Part shown: positions 56,340 to 64,000 of the stretch, piece after piece
Layout: the number at the start of each line of letters is the position of its first letter
Numbering within the stretch: the first letter of the stretch is position 1
Source: Patescibacteria group bacterium
GTDB lineage: Bacteria > Patescibacteriota > Minisyncoccia > Phycocordibacterales > UBA2100
Direction of reading: 5' to 3'
NCBI GenBank assembly: GCA_038064835.1
Contig: JBBTSD010000001.1
Location: forward strand, 100,406-164,405
Length of the DNA: 64,000 nucleotides
Position numbers and translations under genes: made by a program
The notes under the pieces: model-generated
What the model was told of the DNA's origin: nothing
The model's database searches: none
The model's input: only the letters and a program-made list of their open reading frames with translations

Positions 56340-58286
56340 ATGAAATTTTCACTTCGTGGCGGACAAGAGCAGGCTCCCGAAGGGGACGCAGGAGCACCAA
56401 AGGTAAAGAAAGAGCCACCTAGTTTCTGGATGCAGGCGGGGCTCACGCTTCTTCTGTTCCTCGGGCTTTCAGTCGTATATGGCGTTATTAGTGAACAAGT
56501 GATGAAGAATGATGATGTCCCGCTTTCTCAGATTGCCGCCGACCTTGTTGCATCGAGCACCATCACCTCTATTGTCGTCGAAGGCGACCACATCACCGCT
56601 ACCTATGCCGATAAGACCACCAAGACTTCAAAGAAAGAATCTGAAAGTTCACTGACCGATACTTTCGTGAATTATGGCGTTTCTCCTGCAGTGCTCACCA
56701 CTATATCTATCGAAATAAAAGATCCCGGAGGTGCACGATTCTGGTTCCTTACGCTCGCACCGATGATTATTCCATTTCTTCTCTTGCTCGGTTTGGTGTG
56801 GTACTTCTCGCGCCAGGTGCGCGGCGCAGGTATGCAAGCGTTTACCTTTGGACAATCACGCGCCCGCCTCATGACACCAGATGATGGGGGACAGAAGATT
56901 ACCTTTGCTGATATCGCAGGTGCCAAGGAAGCCAAAGTTGAACTCACTGAGATTGTCGATTTTTTGAAAAATCCTGAAAAATTCCTTGCGATTGGCGCGC
57001 GTATTCCGAAGGGTGTGATGCTTATGGGTGCGCCTGGCACGGGCAAAACTTTGCTTGCACGAGCAGTGGCGGGCGAAGCAGGTGTGCCATTCTTTTCGAT
57101 TTCCGGATCCGAATTTGTCGAAATGTTTGTGGGTGTGGGCGCTTCGCGTGTGCGCGATCTTTTCTCGGTCGCAAAGAAGCACGCACCGGCGATAGTGTTT
57201 GTTGATGAAATTGATGCGGTGGGCCGTGTGCGCGGCACTGGCGTGGGTGGCGGAAACGACGAGCGCGAACAGACGCTCAATCAGATTCTCGTCGAACTTG
57301 ATGGGTTCGAGCCAAGCGAGAAGGTGATAGTGATGGCGGCGACAAATCGTCCCGATGTGCTTGACCCGGCGCTCCTTCGCCCGGGACGGTTTGATCGGCG
57401 TGTGACTATCGATTTGCCCGACAGAGAGGATCGTGAGGGTATTCTAAAAATTCACTCACGAAAGAAGCCGCTTCATGCCGATGTAAATGTCACGGTCATT
57501 GCCGAGAGGACACCGGGATTTTCAGGAGCCGATCTGGCCAACCTCATGAACGAGGCCGCGATTCTTGCGGCGCGTGAAGATCGAAAGGAGATTACCCAGT
57601 ACGACCTACTGCGTTCGATTGAAAAAGTCATGCTCGGTCCCGAACGGCGCAGTCACATCCTCAACAAAAAAGAAAAAGAGATTACGGCATATCACGAGGC
57701 CGGACACGCAATCGTCTCTTCGGTCCTCGAGTACGCTGATCCTGTGCACAAGGTATCGATTATTTCTCGCGGTCGCGCCGCAGGGTACACACTCAAGCTT
57801 CCTCTCGAAGACCGCCGCATGCAATCGCGCAATGAGTTTCTCGATGACATAGCGGTGTCGCTTGGTGGATACATTGCCGAGAAGCTGATATTTGGCGACC
57901 TTACTACTGGCGCTTCGAATGATTTGCAGGTACTCACTTCGCTTGCGCGCGATATGGTAGTGCGTTTTGGTATGTCGGACAAAGTTGGTCCGATGGCACT
58001 CGAATCCGCTGGGGGCAAGCCATTGTTTGGGGGAACCGGTGTTGAAGGCCACGAACATTCAGAAGAGGTTGCTGCCATGATCGACTCGGAAGTAAAGAAA
58101 ATAATCGAAGGCGCTCACAAGAAAGCCGAAGCGGTAATTAAAAAGCATAGGGATGCACTCGATACAATTGCGCGCGTTTTGATGGAGCAGGAAACCATCG
58201 AACGCGATGACTTCGAGGACCTCCTTGTCGCGCACGGCATCGCTCCTAAAAAGAAGCAGGATATTGAGCACCAGCCGATTGTGTAG
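56340..58286 (+). CDS. ftsH: ATP-dependent zinc metalloprotease FtsH
   Basis: Two TM segments, [27 protein letters not shown]. Confidence 0.98.
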   Translation: MKFSLRGGQEQAPEGDAGAPKVKKEPPSFWMQAGLTLLLFLGLSVVYGVISEQVMKNDDVPLSQIAADLVASSTITSIVVEGDHITATYADKTTKTSKKESESSLTDTFVNYGVSPAVLTTISIEIKDPGGARFWFLTLAPMIIPFLLLLGLVWYFSRQVRGAGMQAFTFGQSRARLMTPDDGGQKITFADIAGAKEAKVELTEIVDFLKNPEKFLAIGARIPKGVMLMGAPGTGKTLLARAVAGEAGVPFFSISGSEFVEMFVGVGASRVRDLFSVAKKHAPAIVFVDEIDAVGRVRGTGVGGGNDEREQTLNQILVELDGFEPSEKVIVMAATNRPDVLDPALLRPGRFDRRVTIDLPDREDREGILKIHSRKKPLHADVNVTVIAERTPGFSGADLANLMNEAAILAAREDRKEITQYDLLRSIEKVMLGPERRSHILNKKEKEITAYHEAGHAIVSSVLEYADPVHKVSIISRGRAAGYTLKLPLEDRRMQSRNEFLDDIAVSLGGYIAEKLIFGDLTTGASNDLQVLTSLARDMVVRFGMSDKVGPMALESAGGKPLFGGTGVEGHEHSEEVAAMIDSEVKKIIEGAHKKAEAVIKKHRDALDTIARVLMEQETIERDDFEDLLVAHGIAPKKKQDIEHQPIV

Positions 58287-58288
58287 AT

Positions 58289-59338
58289 ATGAGCGAGCTA
58301 GAAAGGGGATTTTCAGGCTTCTCAATTCAGAAATACGACGGCCCACCAGGATTTACATCGATGGGCGAAAATGTGGCAGTTGCAAAAACTGCTGTGGCAT
58401 TGGAGGAGTATCTAGAATCGCTCGGACTGGAGAATCCGGTGCCAGAAAAAATTCTCGAGATTCTTGGTGGGGCACCTCGCGCATTCACTCCATACTTTAC
58501 GCAGGCACTCGATAATTACATCAGGGCACAGAAATTTGCACGGCAGTGGCATGACGGTTTTCTTGCGGGTGTGCAGAGGCGTCAGCAGGAAGGGGTTACT
58601 GAAGACGAGGCTAGGGCCGAAGTTGGTGCACAAATCTTTAGTCAGATTGCTGATGGGAAGACAGCGAGAGGACTTATTCATCCGAAGATGCAAGGTCCTG
58701 TACTTGTTCTAATGTGTACTGACGAACAAGACTATCTCGAACTTTATGATCGGGGGAAGCACGAAGAATCTCCTGGCGTTGCAGCAAAAGGATCGGCAGG
58801 GTTTTATCGTCCTGAGGAAGATCTATCTATTTTTGGCGGGCTTCCCATCCATACTATTGCGTTTAGGATTCCAAAAGAAGGCAAATTTCCACCAGGAGAA
58901 CTGGATGCTTTGTTGCGGCATGAACTTCAGCACTTTATACAGAGGGTCGCACTAGGTATGTTTACGGTTACGGAGGGGAAGGTTGACACAGTTGGACTTG
59001 GTGCGGTCAAAGATGAACTACTCGCACATCTCCGCGACCAAAGACTCTATCAGTCACTTGCATCATTTCCACGAAACGAAATATACACAAAACTTTTCTC
59101 TGTGCTTTTAGATACCGACAATGCGGTTGCTCGGGAAGCCATTGGTGCGCTTGCCAAGTATCTCGATAGTTATGCGGAGGTACTTTCTTCGGAACGAGAA
59201 CGCGCAGTGCTTGTCTATCAGCTGTCCAGTATAAATATGGGTGATTTTCCGCGCTGGCTTACTATACTTGCGCGGTACAACCAAATGCACAACCCTGAAC
59301 GGTACCCACCACCATACACATATGTCACGATGCCCTAA
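58289..59338 (+). CDS. Hypothetical protein with HExxH motif
   Basis: 349-aa ORF; RHELQH followed by KDE. Confidence 0.6.
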   Translation: MSELERGFSGFSIQKYDGPPGFTSMGENVAVAKTAVALEEYLESLGLENPVPEKILEILGGAPRAFTPYFTQALDNYIRAQKFARQWHDGFLAGVQRRQQEGVTEDEARAEVGAQIFSQIADGKTARGLIHPKMQGPVLVLMCTDEQDYLELYDRGKHEESPGVAAKGSAGFYRPEEDLSIFGGLPIHTIAFRIPKEGKFPPGELDALLRHELQHFIQRVALGMFTVTEGKVDTVGLGAVKDELLAHLRDQRLYQSLASFPRNEIYTKLFSVLLDTDNAVAREAIGALAKYLDSYAEVLSSERERAVLVYQLSSINMGDFPRWLTILARYNQMHNPERYPPPYTYVTMP

Positions 59339-59384
59339 TTACTTGTTTGTCAGTATATAGTTGATGGCGTAGAGTGTACGCACT

Positions 59385-59607
59385 GCGCCCGTAGCTCAAT
59401 GGTAGAGCGCTAAGCTTACTGTGGCTAACGAGCGTCGATTGAAAATCTGTGTGGGCGCATAGCTCAATGGTAGAGCGCCAAGCTTATACCTTGGTGGTTC
59501 TAGGTTCGAATCCTAGTGCGCCCACACAGATTTTCAATTCGCGCGAGTAACGACACAGGATTGAAAATATACCTTAGTGGTTCCAGGTTCGAGTCCTGGC
59601 GGGCGCA
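59385..59607 (+). tRNA. Outer, interrupted tRNA-Ile(UAU): 5' half 59385-59418, 151-bp insert, 3' half 59570-59607
   Basis: Acceptor GCGCCCG/CGGGCGC, D arm GCTC/GAGC, anticodon stem CTAAG/CTTAG, T arm CCAGG-TTCGAGT-CCTGG; the joined loop reads CTTATAC. Confidence 0.8.
59453..59524 (+). tRNA. Inner, intact tRNA-Ile(UAU); CCA not encoded
   Basis: GGGCGCA/TGCGCCC acceptor, CCAAG-CTTATAC-CTTGG anticodon arm, CTAGG-TTCGAAT-CCTAG T arm. Confidence 0.92.
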
Positions 59608-59704
59608 CAAAAACAATGAGCTCGACACGAAGTGTGGATTTGGTGTTGCACACCCTAATTTGCATGGGACAATGGACACATCATTAATGACTAATGCGTT
59701 TCTT

Positions 59705-61549
59705 ATGGCTATTCGTTTACCTGTGCGTGGGATAGTGCTTGGACTGGTTCTTTCAATGATTGTCCTGCCGTTGTTCACACACGCTCAAACATCCGCCGAA
59801 CTCGAAGACCAGATCAAGGCTCTATTGGAGCGCATCAATGCGCTCCAAGGAGATTTGGGAGGGCCAACAACAAACACTACTACCACAGGCACGGCTGGTA
59901 CTGGAACAGGCTCGGGTACCAACCCTCCTGGTACAGGAGGCGTCGCCCCTCTTTCAAATCTGAATCCAGGTAACGGCAGTGTGCTTCGCGGCGGGTTGTT
60001 CCTCACGCGTGATATTGCGCGCGGTGCAACAGGTGAAGATGTGGCGCGTCTTCAATCGTTCTTGTCACAAGACATTTCAATCTACCCTGAGGGTGTTGTC
60101 TCGGGTCGTTATATCAATCTCACTGAGGCAGCTGTCAAGAGATTTCAAGTTGCATGCGGGATTGTCTCGTCGGGTACCTATGCCGGTACGGGATATGGTC
60201 GTGTTGGCCCCAGAACACGTGCCGCACTTGCCGATGGATGTCCAAACGCCACGCCTGCAGAGGTCGGTGCGTTTATTCGTGTGACTCCAATCTCAGGTGG
60301 AGCACCGCTCACGGTGACTGTCGCTGCCACAGTGAATACTTCACGATCCTGCGAACGCTCTACCTATCTCCTTGATTTCGGTGATGGTACTGCCCCGTTT
60401 GAACTGACAGTTCCCGCCACGCGTTGCGTCGAACTTTCCCAGTCTATCGCACACACGTATGCAACGGCGGGCACCTATGTGGTTACTCTCTCAATCGGTG
60501 AGCATCAAACAACGGTGAATGTACAAGTGACCAACGGACCTTCGACTGGTACCACACCACCCCCCACCACCGTAAGTACCATCACGCGTCTTGTGCTGTC
60601 GGCACACAACTACTACCAAGATTGTTGGGTGTCTTACGAAGGCAATGTCTACGACATTACACGCTGGCTGCCTGTGTACCCGGGCGGATCATCCGAGATT
60701 GCCGGTACCTGCGGAAGTGATACGCAATTCACGAATTTTTTCCGTTCGCGACATAGTGGACAGACGGCACTCCTGTCACAACAGGGGACATTCATGGGGC
60801 GCCTGGGCACTATCGCCACCACACCGGCTCTCTTGGCAGATTCTCTGAGTGCATCACCACTCAATGGCAACGCGCCGATTACCGTGACATTTAATGCACG
60901 CATCAATGGAGCCGCATCATGTGCAGGTGGTGAGTACACGCTTGATTTTGGCGACGGAGAAAAAGCACCGTTGCAATTTGCAGTAAATGCCTGCCGTGCG
61001 CACGAATTTAATATCACACATCGATATGACACTGGTGGAGCGAAGGTCGCCAAGTTGTACAAAGAGCGTGCCGCACAAATAAACAACCTCACTCCGCCGG
61101 TGAGTAGTGTCACGCTCAATGTAGTCGGCACTGCCGCCACCTTTGATCCACAGCTTTCCATCACGCCAAGTTTTGAAGGGTTGGCAACCAAGATACAAGC
61201 TCGATTTACTCTGGAAAATGCATGCACTGGGTTTACAGTCGAGTGGGGTGATGGCCGGCCATCGGCAACGCGCGCGCATACAACGGTCGGTTGCAATAGT
61301 AACCGTGACACAACAACTCATGTGCACACATATCCTTCAATAACCGGAAGCACTAACTACACGCTCCGACTCTCGTTTGGACCACCAACCACGCTGGTAC
61401 AGCGCACGGCAAGTATCGTGATTGTCGGTACGACTACAACGACCACAAATCCGCCATCTAGGGATGGCTGTGATAGCGGTGCGTCTAATTACTTCATAAC
61501 CGGATGTGCCGAAAGAGCCAATGGTGACACCGGCGGTGGTGGCAACTAG
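59705..61549 (+). CDS. Secreted multidomain protein: peptidoglycan-binding-like, PKD/Ig-like repeats, cytochrome b5-like domain
   Basis: THA-Q signal cleavage; GATGEDVARLQSFL..TEAAVKRFQ..VGPRTRAAL; LDFGDG x2 and WGDG; DCWVSYEGNVYDIT..YPGG. Confidence 0.8.
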   Translation: MAIRLPVRGIVLGLVLSMIVLPLFTHAQTSAELEDQIKALLERINALQGDLGGPTTNTTTTGTAGTGTGSGTNPPGTGGVAPLSNLNPGNGSVLRGGLFLTRDIARGATGEDVARLQSFLSQDISIYPEGVVSGRYINLTEAAVKRFQVACGIVSSGTYAGTGYGRVGPRTRAALADGCPNATPAEVGAFIRVTPISGGAPLTVTVAATVNTSRSCERSTYLLDFGDGTAPFELTVPATRCVELSQSIAHTYATAGTYVVTLSIGEHQTTVNVQVTNGPSTGTTPPPTTVSTITRLVLSAHNYYQDCWVSYEGNVYDITRWLPVYPGGSSEIAGTCGSDTQFTNFFRSRHSGQTALLSQQGTFMGRLGTIATTPALLADSLSASPLNGNAPITVTFNARINGAASCAGGEYTLDFGDGEKAPLQFAVNACRAHEFNITHRYDTGGAKVAKLYKERAAQINNLTPPVSSVTLNVVGTAATFDPQLSITPSFEGLATKIQARFTLENACTGFTVEWGDGRPSATRAHTTVGCNSNRDTTTHVHTYPSITGSTNYTLRLSFGPPTTLVQRTASIVIVGTTTTTTNPPSRDGCDSGASNYFITGCAERANGDTGGGGN

Positions 61550-61565
61550 AAAAAGATTGGGCTCG

Positions 61566-63707
61566 CTATTCTTCGTGGAGAAGAGCGCCAGTGCGTTCGG
61601 CGCGCTCGATGAGGTTTGGAAGTACGGCGTCCTTCTCGACAAGATACCGCGCTGCCTCACGAGCCGCTTCGATGAGTTTTGGATTCTTAAGTGCCTCCAT
61701 ACCTAAATCAGAAATACCCCATTGTGATCGTCCATATAAATCACCCGCACCGCGGAGTAGTAGGTCTTGTTCTGCCAATGCAAATCCATCGCGAGTCTTG
61801 GCAATTGCTTTCAAGCGATTGCGAGATGTTTCCGAAAGGGATTCTGGTGCAAGGAAGCAGTAGGCTGTATGCGCGCTACGCAAGACACGACCCCGTAGCT
61901 GGTGAAGTTGAGCCAGGCCGAATCGCTCGGCCCCCTCGATCATAATTATTGTTGCATTTGGGACATTAACACCCACTTCAACCACGGATGTAGCAACAAG
62001 AATATGGATGGTCCCGTTAGAAAATAATTTCATTATGCTGTCTTTGTCTGCAGGAGTCATCTTGCCGTGCAGTACGCCGATGGTGTACTCAGGAAACACC
62101 TCTTTCTTGAGTCGCTTCGCCTCAGCAACTACTGATCGGGCACGAAGAGCCATCTCTTTCTCGGGATCTGGTTCGTCGATCCGCGGGCAAATCACATATA
62201 CCTGACGGCCAAGGGAAAGCTCGCGTCGCATAATCGAGTATGCTTCGCTGCGTTTTTCTTTGGGAACAAGTCGGGTTTCAATGCCGGCACGATCTTTGGG
62301 TAATTCATCCAACACGGAAATATCCAAGTCGCCGTACATGGTGAGTGCAAGTGTACGGGGCATTGGTGTCGCGCTCATCGAAAGAAAATGCGGCGGCGCG
62401 TCTCCTTTGTGAGCAAGTTTCTGTCTTTGTGCTGTACCAAAGCGGTGTTGCTCATCAACAATTGCGTATGCCAAGTGCGCGAATTTTATAGATTTCTGAA
62501 TGAGTGCATGTGTGCCAATAAGCATCGCAATTTCTCCGTTCGCTACCCACTTCAAGAGTTGCGCACGCGATATCGCCGTGGGCTTCTCGCGGTTTATTTT
62601 TGAAGGGAATTTAAAACAGCCACTGCCTGTAAGGAGCGCTATATTTATCGGCAAGTGCCGATAAAATTCAATAAAGGATAGAAAGTGTTGGCCAGCGAGT
62701 ATTTCGGTAGGGGCCATGTATGCCACCTGCAAGGTCCCACTGATGCGTCCTTTTGGGCGCGAAGTAACTACAGCATATGCCGTTGCCGCCGCTACCACAG
62801 TCTTTCCTGAGCCCACATCACCCTCAAGGAGACGCGCCATGGGGTGTGGTTTTTCAAAGTCAGTGAGAATGTCACCAATAACTCGCTGTTGAGCGCCAGT
62901 GAGTGGAAAAGGGAGGGAGGCGGTAAACTGCTCGACTCGTCCGGGGTCTGCTTGGACGCGAAAGGCGGGCAATTCTGTGTTTCTTTTGCGCTCAATTTGT
63001 TTGCCAATTTGGAGCACAAACATTTCTTCAAATGAAAATCGCTTGCGTGAGGCTTCCGCATCGCGAACTGTTTTGGGAAGGTGGACTCGGATGAGTGCTG
63101 AAGGAAGGTCAGGTAAATGGTAAGTATCGCGCACTTCAGAAGGAATCGGATCTTCTAATTCTTGTACAAATCGTTCGGCAAGTATTTTCTTGAGCGCATG
63201 ATACATCCATCGACTGGTGATCCCCTGGCTTTCAGGGTAGACAGGAAATAACACGGCTTCGCTATTTTCCTCAGTACGGAAAAGTCCGTCAGCAATTGCG
63301 TTCCCCGCAACAACTTCTATTTCTGGGTTGGTAATGTACGGTTTTTCTTTGCCGGCCACTGTGCCCGAGAGTTTGACTACCACATTCTCGGGGACCATCT
63401 TTGAAATGTAGGGTTGGTTGAACCAAATGACTTTGATACGACCACTGCCGTCTTCAAACCATCCCTCGGTTGCAGTGCGGCGACTTTTCCAAAGTTTTTT
63501 GGCAGTGAGTCGTGAAAGCTTTCCATACAATGTCACCGTAGTGCCATGCGCGAGCGAAGCGACGGTGCCAGATTCTTGGATGTTGTCATAACGCACAGGG
63601 AAGTGATAGAGAAGATCGTGTATAGTCGCAACTTTCAGACGGTGGAGAGCTTTCTTCTGGTCAGGAACTAGGCGGAAGTGTTCGGTGAGAAGGTCGCCAG
63701 GATTCAT
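61566..63707 (-). CDS. recG: ATP-dependent DNA helicase RecG
   Basis: GDVGSGKT, DEQHRFG, MSATP, EVGVNVPNAT, QLHQLRGRV. Confidence 0.97.
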   Translation of the reverse strand: MNPGDLLTEHFRLVPDQKKALHRLKVATIHDLLYHFPVRYDNIQESGTVASLAHGTTVTLYGKLSRLTAKKLWKSRRTATEGWFEDGSGRIKVIWFNQPYISKMVPENVVVKLSGTVAGKEKPYITNPEIEVVAGNAIADGLFRTEENSEAVLFPVYPESQGITSRWMYHALKKILAERFVQELEDPIPSEVRDTYHLPDLPSALIRVHLPKTVRDAEASRKRFSFEEMFVLQIGKQIERKRNTELPAFRVQADPGRVEQFTASLPFPLTGAQQRVIGDILTDFEKPHPMARLLEGDVGSGKTVVAAATAYAVVTSRPKGRISGTLQVAYMAPTEILAGQHFLSFIEFYRHLPINIALLTGSGCFKFPSKINREKPTAISRAQLLKWVANGEIAMLIGTHALIQKSIKFAHLAYAIVDEQHRFGTAQRQKLAHKGDAPPHFLSMSATPMPRTLALTMYGDLDISVLDELPKDRAGIETRLVPKEKRSEAYSIMRRELSLGRQVYVICPRIDEPDPEKEMALRARSVVAEAKRLKKEVFPEYTIGVLHGKMTPADKDSIMKLFSNGTIHILVATSVVEVGVNVPNATIIMIEGAERFGLAQLHQLRGRVLRSAHTAYCFLAPESLSETSRNRLKAIAKTRDGFALAEQDLLLRGAGDLYGRSQWGISDLGMEALKNPKLIEAAREAARYLVEKDAVLPNLIERAERTGALLHEE

Positions 63708-63743
63708 GGCATGAGTATACGCGCAGAACAGGTATACCAAAAG

Positions 63744-63769
63744 AAAACCGCACCAAGGGGTGCGGTTTT
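63744..63769. terminator. Hairpin upstream of recG
   Basis: AAAACCGCACC-AAGG-GGTGCGGTTTT. Confidence 0.6.
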
Positions 63770-64000
63770 GGCACTAGCGGACGCTGGCCCTGATAATATA
63801 GGTGGCAAGCATGTCGCGGTGGGATCGGTACATGTTCCGCGGCAGTTTTGAGAGAGGGAACCATCGCGGGGTCTCGGTGCCAAAGATTTTTTTGCGAAGT
63901 GGCTCGCCCGAGGCGACCTTCACCAAGAAGAAAACTTTGTTGAAACGAGCTCCGGTCTCGGGGTTTTGTTGCCCCTCTGAGCGGAGGAACTGCTCGACTA

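Noticed and set aside
59437-59568. ATTGAAA motifs resembling CRISPR repeat ends
   Set aside because: Only 10-bp matches, two direct and one inverted; no full-length repeats or cas genes.
59516-59704. N-terminal extension of the 677-aa ORF
   Set aside because: It overlaps the tRNA genes; the signal peptide indicates a start near 59705.
63770-64000. Structured-looking non-coding stretch at the right edge
   Set aside because: Truncated by the window; no tRNA cloverleaf or family could be supported.

Overview
64 kb of a bacterial chromosome using the standard code (TGA = stop). It is most consistent with a Patescibacteria/CPR (Parcubacteria-type) genome: the spc block has no rpmD (L30), rplC is not preceded by rpsJ, and there are many small membrane/secreted hypotheticals and a large Thr/Ser/Gly-rich surface protein. 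Housekeeping core: S10-spc ribosomal block, secY, gmk x2, adk, map, ndk, infC-rpmI-rplT, ssrA/smpB, ftsH, recG, probable 6S RNA. Two standouts. (1) A RiPP-like cluster at 1-8 kb (possibly to 12 kb). A stand-alone YcaO, a SagB-type dehydrogenase and a phosphoribosyltransferase::beta-propeller fusion (missing from the ORF track) are transcribed divergently from a membrane-anchored peptide built of about 16 Asp-X-X-X tetrapeptide repeats. That peptide is followed by TPR, DsbA, rhodanese and Cys-rich secreted genes. (2) A complete tRNA-Ile(UAU) gene nested inside the anticodon loop of a second, differently base-paired tRNA-Ile(UAU) gene at 59.4-59.6 kb. Also seen: accessory cassettes flanked by short direct repeats (inside the ribosomal operon, upstream of 6S RNA, at the tmRNA 3' end), a candidate orphan DGR target, an ORF-less promoter-terminator unit, and a gmk paralogue lacking the P-loop lysine. 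All calls come from motif reading by eye; no database searches were run.
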